24,000 bases of DNA from an uncultured Methanosarcinales archaeon (GTDB taxonomy: Archaea; Nanobdellota; Nanobdellia; Woesearchaeales; ARS49). Below the pieces are notes generated by a model that saw only the letters and a list, made by a program, of their open reading frames with translations, did not search any database and had not been told where the DNA came from. A program made the position numbers and the translations under genes. Positions within the stretch are counted from its first letter, which is position 1. The number at the start of each line of letters is the position of its first letter. The stretch lies in contig CAYGVI010000003.1 of the NCBI GenBank assembly GCA_964353335.1, forward strand, positions 205,694-229,693. Direction: 5' to 3'. This document shows, piece by piece, positions 1 to 9,247 of the stretch.

Positions 1-147
1 CAAAACATTTGCTGCTTGACTACAATTCTTTGCGTGAAAAAGTAAGGCAGTATTCAAGGCTTATTGCTTAAACACCACAATCTTCCACTCTTCCTTTCCC
101 TGCTTGATACAGAAAAGTATTTAATCTCAAATTAAAACCTGCAGGAC

Positions 148-654
148 ATGCCAACAAAAGAAATGACGCTTATTGAGGCTGATGTTGAAAAAGCAGACTC
201 AAAGCTTGCACAGGCATTAAAATGGGCAAATGCAAATTTCAAGCTTGCGGAAAACGCTTTGGTTTGGATTAAAAAAGACGCCAATAATCAAGAAGCGCTT
301 ATGAGAATGAAGCCCGCAATGATGGAAATCAGAAGAATGAGCAGGCAATTATTTGTAATTGCACAGTTTTTGAAATACCAATTTGGAAAGGATATGCCTG
401 GCGGAGCGCTTTCTAATTTCATAAGGTGCTGCGGCACAGTAGAAGCACAAGACGAAGCATTACAAGAAGCGTATCAGAAAGGCGCCATGGGTGCCAAGTA
501 CCCCCAAGGGGGAATTGAATTCTGGCAAAATGTAGTCAATGCGTTGGCTGAAATCGTAACTGCAGTTACTATTTGGCAAAAGGAATTAAAAAAACCAATA
601 ATGGTTTTAGCATCCAAAAAGACAGGTTATTCCCGCCCATTGGGTCTTGATTAA
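148..654 (+). CDS. hypothetical protein (168 aa), alpha-helical
   Basis: Open frame with ATG start, plausible soluble protein composition, no strong competing ORF on the other strand; no family recognised. Confidence 0.6.
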   Translation: MPTKEMTLIEADVEKADSKLAQALKWANANFKLAENALVWIKKDANNQEALMRMKPAMMEIRRMSRQLFVIAQFLKYQFGKDMPGGALSNFIRCCGTVEAQDEALQEAYQKGAMGAKYPQGGIEFWQNVVNALAEIVTAVTIWQKELKKPIMVLASKKTGYSRPLGLD

Positions 655-1709
655 TTCTCTTTAAGATTTACGAGAACGACAATCTTCCACTCTTCTTTCC
701 CCTGCATAATCGTTCGCTCGTGTTCCACAGTAAATCCTTTTGCAGCTTGCTTGTATTCCTCTGCTCCCTGGCGTAAAACCAGCCCGATTTTGCCGTCTTT
801 CTTCAATATTGTCTTTGCCCTTTCAAAGAAAAGCCCTGCGATTTTGCTGAATTTTGCAGGCGGGAAGTTTTTTGTCATCTCAACCGGCTGGGAAACAATG
901 CAGTCAATGGAATTTTTCTCAAATTTCAGGTCAAGCCAGTCAACAGATGTCCTTGAAAAGTCAATTGCCTTGACAATGCCTGCGATTTTTGCGTTCTTTC
1001 GCGTTGCCTGCACTGACGGAAACAGCTCTGAAAGCGCAATAATCGCCCCTGAACTGCTTTCCTTGATGCTTTTGTCCTGGGATTTGTAAAACTCCTCAAA
1101 GTCAAACTCCTTGAAGACTTTTGTAAATGGCATTTTGTCTTTGAAATAATGCCTGACAGGGAATTTCAGTGCATAAAACGCTGCCTCAATCGCAATGCTT
1201 CCTGCGCGGCAGTTTGGGTCAATCAGTTTTTTCTTGGAATCATAGCCAGATAATCTCATAACAGCATAAGCTGTTCCGCCCTTGAGTGTCTCAGAGCCGA
1301 CAAAAATTCTGTAATCGCGCTTTGAAATGTCGTCAGTCAGGTCAATTCCGAGCCAGTAATATTCGTTTTCAAAGTGCAGATAGAAAGGAACATCTGCGTT
1401 TTTGTACACTTTGTTTGCTTTTATGTTCTCTGCGAGCTCATTTGCCTTTGTTGTTGTCTTGCCTGAGATTGAAATCGTGCCTTTCAAATACTCAGAAGGT
1501 ATGGAAAGCTCTGGAATTTTTCCTTCACTAACCAAAAGAATAACCCTGCAAACACTTTGAGCCCTGTAGCAAACTGCGAAAATATCCTTAAGCTCTGCAT
1601 CAAACACCACACCTTCTGCTGTTTCTTTTCCAGAAGCGCCGGTAATTTCTTTTATTTCTGCAGAACAAACGTCAGTAAGCCCTGGAAATGTTAGTGCTAA
1701 GGCATTCAT
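651..1709 (-). CDS. THUMP-domain class I SAM methyltransferase (Trm14/RlmL-like RNA methyltransferase)
   Basis: 352 aa; N-terminal THUMP-like region, then [35 protein letters not shown] (SAM-binding DP.CG.G-like motif) and a C-terminal Rossmann methyltransferase. Overlaps the gyrA stop by 4 nt. Confidence 0.8.
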   Translation of the reverse strand: MNALALTFPGLTDVCSAEIKEITGASGKETAEGVVFDAELKDIFAVCYRAQSVCRVILLVSEGKIPELSIPSEYLKGTISISGKTTTKANELAENIKANKVYKNADVPFYLHFENEYYWLGIDLTDDISKRDYRIFVGSETLKGGTAYAVMRLSGYDSKKKLIDPNCRAGSIAIEAAFYALKFPVRHYFKDKMPFTKVFKEFDFEEFYKSQDKSIKESSSGAIIALSELFPSVQATRKNAKIAGIVKAIDFSRTSVDWLDLKFEKNSIDCIVSQPVEMTKNFPPAKFSKIAGLFFERAKTILKKDGKIGLVLRQGAEEYKQAAKGFTVEHERTIMQGKEEWKIVVLVNLKEN

Positions 1710-4171
1710 TGTGCTCCATTTCCGTTCTCCTTTTCCTGAACTACAGCAACGCTCGTGACCTTGTCCCCTTCTCCGAGCTTGATTATGCGGACTCCTTGCG
1801 TGTTCCTGCCGATTACAGAAATCTGGTTTGCTGGAACGCGTATTGCGATTCCGCTTTGCGTAATCAAAAGCAGCTGGTCATCATCTTTTACTGTCTTTAT
1901 TGTGACTGCCTTGCCGTTTTTGTCAGTGACTTTGATGTTTATGACTCCGACTCCGCCGCGCCTTATCGTGCTGTATTCCTCAAATGCGCTTCTCTTTCCG
2001 TAGCCGAGCTCTGTAACAGTCAAAAGTGTCTTGTCTTTCTGCGCCAAAACAGCTCCGATGACTTCGTCTTTCTCCCTCAACCTGATTCCAATGACTCCCT
2101 GCGCTGTCCTGCCCATTGGCCTGACGTCGCTTTCATTGAATCTTATGGCGTTTCCATCATTTGTCGCGATAATAATGTCCTGCTTTGAGTCCGTCAGGTC
2201 AACAGCCATAAGCTCGTCGCCTTCTGTGAGTGTTACTGCAATAATTCCGCCTTTGCGCGGGTTTGCGAATTCTGAAAGCGGTGTTTTCTTCACAGTTCCC
2301 TGCTTTGTGACAAGGAACAAGTACTGGTCTTCCTTGAATTCCTTTACTGGAATGCTTGTTGCGACTTTTTCACCCTGCGCAAGCTCTAACAAATTGACAA
2401 TCGCTGTTCCTTTTGCATATCTTCCTGCTTCTGGAATCTGGTAGACCTTGAGCCAGTGCACTTTGCCAAGGTTCGTAAACAATAAGAGTGAATCGTGCGT
2501 GTTTGCAATGAACAAGTCTTCGACAAAGTCTTCTTCCTTTGTTTCTGCAGCAATAACACCCTTTCCGCCCCTTCTCTGCGCCTGGTATGTGTCAACAGTT
2601 AATCTCTTGACATATCCTGCGTGGGTCATTGTAACAACCATGTCTTCTGGCTTGATCAAGTGCTCTTCCTCAATCGCAGAAGCTTCTGTCTGTATGACCT
2701 GTGTCCTTCTGTCGTCGCCATAGCCCTTTGCGAGCTCGAGCATTTCGTCCTTGATGATATTGAGAATCTTTTGGGCGTCTGCGAGTATGCTCTTGAGCTC
2801 TATAATCAGTTTCAGCAGTCCTGCGTGATCTTCTTTTATCTTGTTCTGCTCAAGAGATGTCAGGCGTGACAAGCGCATCTCAAGTATTGCCTGGGCCTGA
2901 ATTTCAGTGAGCTTGTAGTCTGCCACCAGTCCTGCTTTCGCAGTTGCAGCGTCCTTGCTCTTTTTCAAAAACGCAATAATCGAGTCAATGTTGTTCAGCG
3001 CAATAATGAGTCCTTCCAAAATATGCGCTTTCTGTTCTGCCTCTTTCAGGTCAAATGCAGTGCGCTTCCTTACAACTTCCTGCCTGTGCAAAACAAACTT
3101 CTCAATCAATGACTTCAACGGAAGGACCATTGGCTCATTGTCAGAAAGCGCCAGCATTATTATTCCAAAAGTGGTCTGCAAGCGGGAGTGCTGGAACAAT
3201 TGGTTCAGCACAACATCAGAATTCGCGCCTGTCTTTAATTCAATAACAATGCGCATTCCCTCCCTGTCTGATTCATCCCTTAAGTCTGAAATTCCCTGTA
3301 TTTTCTTGTCCTTGACGCGTTCTGCGATTTCCTCAATCAGCAGGGCCTTGTTGACCTGGTAAGGTATTTCAGAAACAATAATTCTTTGCCTGTTCTTGAA
3401 GTCTTCAATGCTTGTCCTTGCCCTGATTATGATTTTTCCGCGTCCTGTGGAATACGCATCCCTGATTCCTGAGGTTCCCATTATTATTCCGCCTGTTGGG
3501 AAATCAGGGGCAGGTATGTTGAGCATTAAATCCTGCACAGTGCATGTTGGATGGTCGATAAAGTGCGCAACAGCGCCGCAGACCTCTTTCAGGTTGTGAG
3601 GCGGTATGTTTGTCGCCATTCCGACTGCGATGCCTGCTGAGCCATTAACAAGCAAATTCGGCACTTTGCTTGGCAAAACAGAGGGCTCTTTCAGTGAGTT
3701 ATCATAGTTTGGCACAAAGTCAACTGTTTCCTTGTCTATGTCCTGCAGGATTTCCTCTGCTATTTTCTTCAAGCGTGCTTCTGTGTAACGCATTGCAGCT
3801 GCATTATCCCCGTCAACGCTACCAAAATTGCCTTGCCCGTCAACAAGAATATACCTGAGTGAGAAATCCTGAGCCATTCTTACGAGCGTGTCATAGATTG
3901 CTGCGTCGCCGTGCGGGTGGTATTTACCCATCACGTCTCCCACAATGCGCGCGCACTTCTTGAACGGCTTATTGTGGAGCATTCCCATTTCATACATTCC
4001 GAAAAGAACACGCCTGTGAACTGGCTTCAATCCATCACGCACATCAGGAAGAGCACGTCCGACAATAACTGACATGGAATAATCTAGGTAAGACTTCTTC
4101 ATCTCATCTTCAATCACGCGGACAACAATCTTGTTTGCCGGTGTTTTGACTGCTTCGCTACCTTCCACCAT
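1706..4171 (-). CDS. gyrA: DNA gyrase subunit A
   Basis: 821 aa; [28 protein letters not shown], catalytic-Tyr context [30 protein letters not shown], and GyrA box QRRGGKG in the C-terminal domain. Confidence 0.98.
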   Translation of the reverse strand: MVEGSEAVKTPANKIVVRVIEDEMKKSYLDYSMSVIVGRALPDVRDGLKPVHRRVLFGMYEMGMLHNKPFKKCARIVGDVMGKYHPHGDAAIYDTLVRMAQDFSLRYILVDGQGNFGSVDGDNAAAMRYTEARLKKIAEEILQDIDKETVDFVPNYDNSLKEPSVLPSKVPNLLVNGSAGIAVGMATNIPPHNLKEVCGAVAHFIDHPTCTVQDLMLNIPAPDFPTGGIIMGTSGIRDAYSTGRGKIIIRARTSIEDFKNRQRIIVSEIPYQVNKALLIEEIAERVKDKKIQGISDLRDESDREGMRIVIELKTGANSDVVLNQLFQHSRLQTTFGIIMLALSDNEPMVLPLKSLIEKFVLHRQEVVRKRTAFDLKEAEQKAHILEGLIIALNNIDSIIAFLKKSKDAATAKAGLVADYKLTEIQAQAILEMRLSRLTSLEQNKIKEDHAGLLKLIIELKSILADAQKILNIIKDEMLELAKGYGDDRRTQVIQTEASAIEEEHLIKPEDMVVTMTHAGYVKRLTVDTYQAQRRGGKGVIAAETKEEDFVEDLFIANTHDSLLLFTNLGKVHWLKVYQIPEAGRYAKGTAIVNLLELAQGEKVATSIPVKEFKEDQYLFLVTKQGTVKKTPLSEFANPRKGGIIAVTLTEGDELMAVDLTDSKQDIIIATNDGNAIRFNESDVRPMGRTAQGVIGIRLREKDEVIGAVLAQKDKTLLTVTELGYGKRSAFEEYSTIRRGGVGVINIKVTDKNGKAVTIKTVKDDDQLLLITQSGIAIRVPANQISVIGRNTQGVRIIKLGEGDKVTSVAVVQEKENGNGAQ

Positions 4172-4306
4172 TTTATTCGTCGAGAAACTCCCCTTTTCTC
4201 GTCGATAAAACAGAATTAACCGTGCTTTATAAGCCTTTCCTTTCTAAAACGCACTTATACTGCGTATAAACCCTGTTTTCGCCCCTTTTGGCTCGACGAA
4301 GAAAGC

Positions 4307-5002
4307 TTATTTTTTCATGTAATGCTTCTTTTTCTGCTCAGATAACCGTTCAATCGAATACCTTAGCATTGTTCTTGGCATGTCTGGAGCGTTTCTGTCA
4401 AGGAATTTTAATTCTGCTTCAAGGTTTCTCTTGCCGACTTCGCGGAGCATCCATCCTGCTGCCTTGTGCATAAGGTCGTGTTCGTCTTGAAGGAGCATTT
4501 CAGATATTTTCAAGGTGTGCTCAAAGTGTTGCCGCGCGATAAAAGCAGCTGTTGAAATAATCGCAATCCTTCTTTCCCAGATATTTGAAGACTTTGCGAG
4601 CTTGTAAAGCACTGAAACATCCTTGTCAAGCAAATAATCGCCAAGTATCTTGTGCGAACTCAGGTCAACAAGGTCCCAGTTGTTGATGTGCTTTGTATTT
4701 GCAAGATAAAAATCAACTATTTTCTTTCTCTCAGAAGGATTTTTCTTGTATTTCTCAATCAAAATCAGCAATGCAGTGAGCCGATGTTCATGTATTTTGC
4801 TGGAAAGCAGTTTTTGCAGTTCAGAAAGCGGCAAATGAGCATATTTCTTTGCCACAGCGCGCTGATCAGGAACAATAACGCCGATAAAAACATCGCCTTC
4901 GCCATATTCTCCCTTGCCTGTTTTGAAAAATCCAGATAACAACTTGGCTTTAGCAGGGCTGCTTTTTTCTTCCAAGTCCTTTTTCAGCGAATTGAGGCTC
5001 AT
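4307..5002 (-). CDS. DNA alkylation repair protein, AlkD-like (HEAT-like repeats)
   Basis: 231 aa; LSGFFKTGKGEYGEGDVFIGVIVPDQRAVAKKY and NNWDLVDLSSHKILGDYL match the AlkD family pattern. Confidence 0.88.
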   Translation of the reverse strand: MSLNSLKKDLEEKSSPAKAKLLSGFFKTGKGEYGEGDVFIGVIVPDQRAVAKKYAHLPLSELQKLLSSKIHEHRLTALLILIEKYKKNPSERKKIVDFYLANTKHINNWDLVDLSSHKILGDYLLDKDVSVLYKLAKSSNIWERRIAIISTAAFIARQHFEHTLKISEMLLQDEHDLMHKAAGWMLREVGKRNLEAELKFLDRNAPDMPRTMLRYSIERLSEQKKKHYMKK

Positions 5003-5007
5003 AAAAA

Positions 5008-5157
5008 TCAGAACAACTGTTTTACAATGCTGTTTTTAACGCGGTAATTTTTCCCGCAGTAAACACATCTCTTGATTTTATTTGTGAGTATGCTGTCGCG
5101 GGCCTCATACTTCATGTGGTGTCCGCACTTTGGGCATTTTAATTCGAATCTTAGCAT
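5008..5157 (-). CDS. small zinc-ribbon protein (49 aa)
   Basis: MLRFELKCPKCGHHMKYEARDSILTNKIKRCVYCGKNYRVKNSIVKQLF contains two CxxC pairs. The internal ATG at 5157 sits just downstream of the scpB stop (5159), so the longer listed ORF to 5340 is probably over-extended into scpB. Confidence 0.72.
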   Translation of the reverse strand: MLRFELKCPKCGHHMKYEARDSILTNKIKRCVYCGKNYRVKNSIVKQLF

Positions 5158-5158
5158 T

Positions 5159-6496
5159 TTAGTGGTGCTTGTGCTTTTTTGCTTTTGTTTCTGGCGCTGG
5201 AGCTTCGTGCTCTTCAGCTGTTTCTTCTTCAGCAACCTCTTCTTCAGGCTCTTTCTCAGCAGGCTCTTCTGAAGCTTCTTTCTCTTCAGCAGCTTCTTCA
5301 GCAGGTGTTTCGTCCTCTGGATTTTCTGCCTCAGACTCAACTTCTTTCACAGCTTCTTCTTCCTCAGGTGTTTCACTAGGATTTTCTTCCTCTGATTTCA
5401 CTTCCTCTTCAGCCTCAGAAGCAGTTTCCTCTTCCTCGGTCATTGGCTTTGGCGCGGGAATAATATCAGGAAGTCCCATTTCTGCGTTTTCATCGACAGC
5501 TTCCTCATGCGTCTCGCCGGATGTAATCTCTGCAACGCGGTGCTCTATTTTTTCCTGCAATTCCGGCGGCACTCCGCCAGGAAACATCCCTTTTGAAGTG
5601 TATTCTGTCTTGCGGGGCTTTTCCTTTGCTGCCTCGCGCTTGATTTTTTCAACAGTGAGCTTGCCTTCTTCTTCCATTTCTGCTGTTTCTTCCTCTGTCG
5701 CTCCAGTTTCAATTCCTGCCTCGCCGAGAATCTTTTGCGCAAGTGCTTCTGCTGCTTCCTCAGGCGTCTTTGGCTCCTCTTCCTCCTTGTGCTTCTTGTG
5801 CTTGTGCTTTTTCTTTGGCTTTGGCGCCTCGCCATATGTCTGAAGCTCTCCGACTTTGCCGCCGATAACTTCAATTTCAGGCGCTAATTTTGGCAGTTCG
5901 TCAGTAAACACTTCAACTTTCGGAGTATTGTCATGCGCAGCGACAAAAATTGCCTGCTGTGTCTGTTCAATTGCAGTTTCTTTTTCCTCAATTGCCTTTT
6001 CAAGCGCTGCAACATTGTGGAACTTCTCTTTCAGCTTGTCAGGAGGAACATCAAAGTAGTCAAAGAATTTTGGAGTCAATTTTATCAGCCTGCTTCTTCC
6101 TTTTTTCTCCCTTGTAAGATAACCCATTTCCTCAAGCTCTTCCAGATGGCGATACGCCTTATTCGTCCTTATCTTAATCACATGGCTCTGCATTACTGGA
6201 GCCTTGTAAGCAACAACAGCGAGTGTTTCCATTATGCTCTTTGGAAGTTCAGGCGTTTTCACAACTTTTTTGACCATTGAAATGTATTTTTCCCTCACTG
6301 TGAGCTTGTAAGCCTCTCCTTCCTGCACAAGCATCAGCGAGCTTTGCTTGTCGTCAAGCTCCTGCTTTAGAATCTCAACCGCAGCCTTAACCGCGTCAAG
6401 GTTTTCCTCCTTGCATAATCTTCCGAGCTCTTCGAGTGTGAGCCTTTTGCCTGCGGAAAACAGCAGGGATTCAACCTGGTTTTTTAGTTCGCTCAT
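5159..6496 (-). CDS. scpB: segregation and condensation protein B (ScpB) with long charged/acidic C-terminal extension
   Basis: N-terminal ~160 aa carry ScpB winged-helix signatures (VESLLFSAGKRLTLEELGRL; ETLAVVAYKAPVMQSHVIKIRTNKAYRHLEELEEMGYLTREKKGRSRLIKLTPKFFDYF); the remainder is KHKHKKHKEEEEP and Glu-rich low-complexity sequence. Confidence 0.88.
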   Translation of the reverse strand: MSELKNQVESLLFSAGKRLTLEELGRLCKEENLDAVKAAVEILKQELDDKQSSLMLVQEGEAYKLTVREKYISMVKKVVKTPELPKSIMETLAVVAYKAPVMQSHVIKIRTNKAYRHLEELEEMGYLTREKKGRSRLIKLTPKFFDYFDVPPDKLKEKFHNVAALEKAIEEKETAIEQTQQAIFVAAHDNTPKVEVFTDELPKLAPEIEVIGGKVGELQTYGEAPKPKKKHKHKKHKEEEEPKTPEEAAEALAQKILGEAGIETGATEEETAEMEEEGKLTVEKIKREAAKEKPRKTEYTSKGMFPGGVPPELQEKIEHRVAEITSGETHEEAVDENAEMGLPDIIPAPKPMTEEEETASEAEEEVKSEEENPSETPEEEEAVKEVESEAENPEDETPAEEAAEEKEASEEPAEKEPEEEVAEEETAEEHEAPAPETKAKKHKHH

Positions 6497-7047
6497 ACAG
6501 GTAGGTAATTATCGCCTTCTTTTTTCAGCTTTTTGTCCTCAACAAGCTTTGCGAGGAACGGAATCAGCTTGCTCGGGTGCACTCCTATGAAATGTGACAT
6601 CTCGCCTGTTGTCTTGTGGCCTTTCTCCACGAGCGTGACAAGGAACCTTCTGAATATGTTTGTTGCGTTTGCGTCAAGCACCTGCTGTGTCATCTTGTTT
6701 GTCTTCACGATTGCATCTGCCTCGTGCAGTCTTGCCTGCAAATCATTAAGGAAGCCGTTTAATTTGTTCAGCGGTATTGAAAGCTCACCTGGCTCGACAA
6801 CCTCTACAGAGCTTGGCATGCTGTCAAAGCAGAAGTCAAGCAGTGCAGAGAGGTCCTTGAAGCGCATTTCAAGCTCTGCGTAAACTGAGAATATCGTTTC
6901 AGCAGGCTCAGCTTCTGCTATTTCTGCTTTTACAACAGTCTCTTCCTTCCTGAGCTTTTCCACATAGCTCTTCATCGTCTGCTCGATGTACTCCTTTGGC
7001 GCACCGAGCATCTCGATTATTACTCGTGCGAGAACCGTATCTCCCAT
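6493..7047 (-). CDS. conserved-looking hypothetical protein with possible C-terminal winged-helix region
   Basis: 184 aa; its stop overlaps the scpB start by 4 nt. C-terminus GHKTTGEMSHFIGVHPSKLIPFLAKLVEDKKLKKEGDNYLPV resembles a winged helix. Confidence 0.72.
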   Translation of the reverse strand: MGDTVLARVIIEMLGAPKEYIEQTMKSYVEKLRKEETVVKAEIAEAEPAETIFSVYAELEMRFKDLSALLDFCFDSMPSSVEVVEPGELSIPLNKLNGFLNDLQARLHEADAIVKTNKMTQQVLDANATNIFRRFLVTLVEKGHKTTGEMSHFIGVHPSKLIPFLAKLVEDKKLKKEGDNYLPV

Positions 7048-7073
7048 AACCTATTCCAGCACTTGGTGTCTAT

Positions 7074-7553
7074 TTATAACTTTTGCTCATTAAGTTTTTG
7101 CCCAAGCGCAGATTCCAGGTTGCAAACGATGTACGGCTTGTGCTCTTCAAATGCCAAGTCATACGCTTCCTTTGCTGCCCTGTGGTTTCCAATGTCCAAT
7201 GACCAGAGGTATGCATTCTTTGCTGTCTGCTGCGGCTCAAGTGCGTTTTTCGCGCTCAGCACCCAGAATACAGGCATGGCAAGCCTGTGAGTCTCAGGCG
7301 TGTCAGGAAGCCCTGCTGAAACAAGGCATTCTGAAAGCGCCTTGATGACATCAGGGTTTCCTTTCACAGACCCGTTTCCAATTGTGCCTGCAGTTGTGCT
7401 GTAGTCCAGGTTTGGCACCTGCTGATAAAGCAAGCCCCAAATCTGTTGAGCCTGGGCTTCAACTGGCTCGCCTTTTGCGCGCCTGCTCAAAGCCTCACTG
7501 ACAACAGTTTCTATAGAAGCAGCCTCTGGTCTTGCGGCTGTAGTTGTCTCCAT
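7074..7553 (-). CDS. hypothetical protein (159 aa)
   Basis: Open frame co-directional with the downstream ScpB operon; no recognisable domain. Confidence 0.6.
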   Translation of the reverse strand: METTTAARPEAASIETVVSEALSRRAKGEPVEAQAQQIWGLLYQQVPNLDYSTTAGTIGNGSVKGNPDVIKALSECLVSAGLPDTPETHRLAMPVFWVLSAKNALEPQQTAKNAYLWSLDIGNHRAAKEAYDLAFEEHKPYIVCNLESALGQKLNEQKL

Positions 7554-7688
7554 CTCAGAAGTTCCTTACGGATACCCTCAAGTATTAAAGCATTATTGTG
7601 ATGCAAAATAGGTTTTGTTACCATTCCGCAATACTCATAAAAGTTTATGAAGGCGTATTGAGAGCATCACCATTTGGGTGTGGGTACA

Positions 7689-8288
7689 ATGTTCGGATTT
7701 GGTAAAAAGAAACAACCATCGCTTCCTGAACTGCCACCGCCTCCTTCTCCGCCTGCATTCCCCGCGCCTGAGGGAGACATTCCCAGCATAAGGCCTTCTG
7801 AGGAAATGCTGGCTGCTCCGTCATTTGAGCCGTCGGAAGAACAGCCAATTGAGCTTCCTGAAGCTCCTGCTCCTGAAATGCCTGAGTTCCCTGAACCAGG
7901 TCAACTGCAGCAGGAAATGCCTGCTGAAATGGAAGAGCTTCCAAAATTTGCAAAGTTTGAACCTGACACAGGCCATGTTGAGCCGCTTGTTCCCGAAGAG
8001 CAGCCAATGGAAATCCCAGAGGAAGCGCCTTCATATGAAGCTCCTGAGCGTGAAACAATTCGCAGGCCAATCGGTCCTGCGTTTATCGCTGTCGACGAAT
8101 ACCGCAGCATAATGGACCATTCGGACAGGGTGCGCTCAAAGCTGGCAGAGGCAGAGGAATTCGTGCACCGCCTTTCAGAAATCAAGGCAGATGAGGAAAA
8201 GGCGTTTGACAAGTGGCGCTCCCAGCTCGAGGATATTGAGCGAAAGCTCGGACAGATTGATAGGGTTATTGCAAAGGCTAAAAGGTGA
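7689..8288 (+). CDS. hypothetical protein: proline/glutamate-rich N-terminus plus C-terminal coiled-coil module
   Basis: The ORF track begins at a TTG (7674); ATG at 7689 (MFGFGKKKQPSLPELPPPPSPP...) is more likely. C-terminus IGPAFIAVDEYRSIMDHSDRVRSKLAEAEEF is related to the next gene. Overlaps the next ORF by 4 nt. Confidence 0.72.
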   Translation: MFGFGKKKQPSLPELPPPPSPPAFPAPEGDIPSIRPSEEMLAAPSFEPSEEQPIELPEAPAPEMPEFPEPGQLQQEMPAEMEELPKFAKFEPDTGHVEPLVPEEQPMEIPEEAPSYEAPERETIRRPIGPAFIAVDEYRSIMDHSDRVRSKLAEAEEFVHRLSEIKADEEKAFDKWRSQLEDIERKLGQIDRVIAKAKR

Positions 8289-8524
8289 TTATGATGGATG
8301 ATCAAAGGGCACCGGTGTTTGTAAAAGTGGATGAGTACAAGTCAATTCTTGACCTTCTTGATACAGTAAGGCAGCGCCTTTCACAGGCAAAGGAATTGCT
8401 TGCACGGGTCAATGAGCTAAAACAGCAGGAAGACCAGCAGATTGAATCCTGGGCTCGCGACATTGATGATGTCGAGGAAAGGCTTTCATCTATTTCCAAA
8501 TCACTTCTGGAACCTCAGGCATGA
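8285..8524 (+). CDS. small coiled-coil protein, paralogous to the C-terminal module of the upstream gene
   Basis: 79 aa; RAPVFVKVDEYKSILDLLDTVRQRLSQAKELLARVNEL. ATGA overlaps with both neighbours. Confidence 0.75.
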   Translation: MIMMDDQRAPVFVKVDEYKSILDLLDTVRQRLSQAKELLARVNELKQQEDQQIESWARDIDDVEERLSSISKSLLEPQA

Positions 8525-8901
8525 AAAAAACCGAGCAGGACTTGCTTTTCGTGGAACTTAAGGAGCCTTCTGCTACTCGCCGCGACGTTCTTATGTCCAC
8601 AAAGGATGTTCTTGACATCCTGAAGCGGTATGAAGAATACAGGGCTGTGTCTGCAGAGAAAATGAGAGTCCTTGGGGAGCTTAAGCAGGTTGTTGACACG
8701 CTCCAGTCCCTTAACAGGAGGATTAGGAACAAGATGCCAAAGACGCCTGCTGCACAATCTCAAATTTACGAAATAGAGCGGGAAAAAGAGGAAAAATTCA
8801 TCACGGGCTCGCGGCCGTTACTGGCGCGGCCCAAATCAAAATTAGACATTCTCCAGGAAGAACTCGAGAAGATAGAGAGCAGATTAGGGGCTTTGGAGTA
8901 A
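8521..8901 (+). CDS. hypothetical coiled-coil protein, third gene of the operon
   Basis: 126 aa; translationally coupled to the previous ORF by a 4 nt overlap; STKDVLDILKRYEEYRAVSAEKMRVLGELKQVVDTLQSL. Confidence 0.7.
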   Translation: MKKTEQDLLFVELKEPSATRRDVLMSTKDVLDILKRYEEYRAVSAEKMRVLGELKQVVDTLQSLNRRIRNKMPKTPAAQSQIYEIEREKEEKFITGSRPLLARPKSKLDILQEELEKIESRLGALE

Positions 8902-8938
8902 AGATTTTTAAAGGGAGTCAAGGTCTATTTCTTTATAC

Positions 8939-9068
8939 GCGCCGGTGCCGGAGTGGCCAAACGGGACAGCCTCAAGCAGCGGTCAGCGGAGCTGACAAGC
9001 TCTCTTCGCTGATGCTCGAGAGAGCTGTTGGCTTAGTGCCTACGCAGGTTCAAATCCTGTCCGGCGCA
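8939..9068 (+). tRNA. tRNA-Leu(CAA) with a 46-nt intron at canonical position 37/38
   Basis: Acceptor GCGCCGG/CCGGCGC; D-stem CCG/CGG; anticodon stem ACAGC (8966-8970)/GCTGT (9024-9028); loop CTCAAG with CAA at 8973-8975; long variable arm GGC/GCC; T-arm GCAGG TTCAAAT CCTGT; discriminator A. Confidence 0.9.
8977..9022 (+). other. archaeal tRNA intron in tRNA-Leu(CAA), probable relaxed bulge-helix-bulge
   Basis: Needed to join the anticodon stem halves. Intron folds as GTCAGCG (8982-8988)/CGCTGAT (9007-9013) with GAGCT/AGCTC nested inside; exon/intron helix CTCA/CGAG has one A-C mismatch. Confidence 0.82.
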
Positions 9069-9134
9069 TCGAACGCAGTGAGGTGAGACGGACAGGTCCG
9101 CTGACCGCAGTCAGCCGCTACCTGTCCGGCGCAT
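9056..9134 (+). repeat. Direct duplication of the tRNA-Leu 3' end (CCTGTCCGGCGCAT at 9056-9069 and 9121-9134)
   Basis: 14-nt perfect repeat, 65 nt apart; the intervening DNA contains a nested inverted repeat. Confidence 0.85.
9090..9127 (+). promoter_or_regulatory. nested hairpin immediately downstream of tRNA-Leu
   Basis: GGACAGGT (9090-9097)/ACCTGTCC (9120-9127) and inner GCTGAC (9100-9105)/GTCAGC (9110-9115) with a CGCA loop. Confidence 0.7.
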
Positions 9135-9247
9135 TTTCACCCTTAAAATGCCTTTCGTTCTCACGAGTCCCAACCAAACGTTTTTATAGTCGGCAAGTCC
9201 ATAGCAGTCCCAGTCCCTGCTTGGGAATACATTGGGAATGACACAAA

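Noticed and set aside
1755-3858. Several small ORFs antisense to or out of frame with gyrA
   Set aside because: gyrA is unambiguous across this region and none of the short ORFs has recognisable features.
5158-5340. N-terminal extension of the small zinc-ribbon ORF (Lys/Leu-rich)
   Set aside because: It is an alternate frame of the scpB tail; the zinc-ribbon part has its own ATG at 5157 just after the scpB stop.
5169-5843. Long plus-strand Ser/Ala-rich ORF (224 aa)
   Set aside because: Antisense of the Glu/Ala-rich low-complexity tail of scpB; codon bias on the opposite strand creates the open frame.
7645-8070. Minus-strand Gln/Leu/Ala-rich ORF (141 aa)
   Set aside because: Antisense to the proline/glutamate-rich coding region; composition looks like a shadow ORF.
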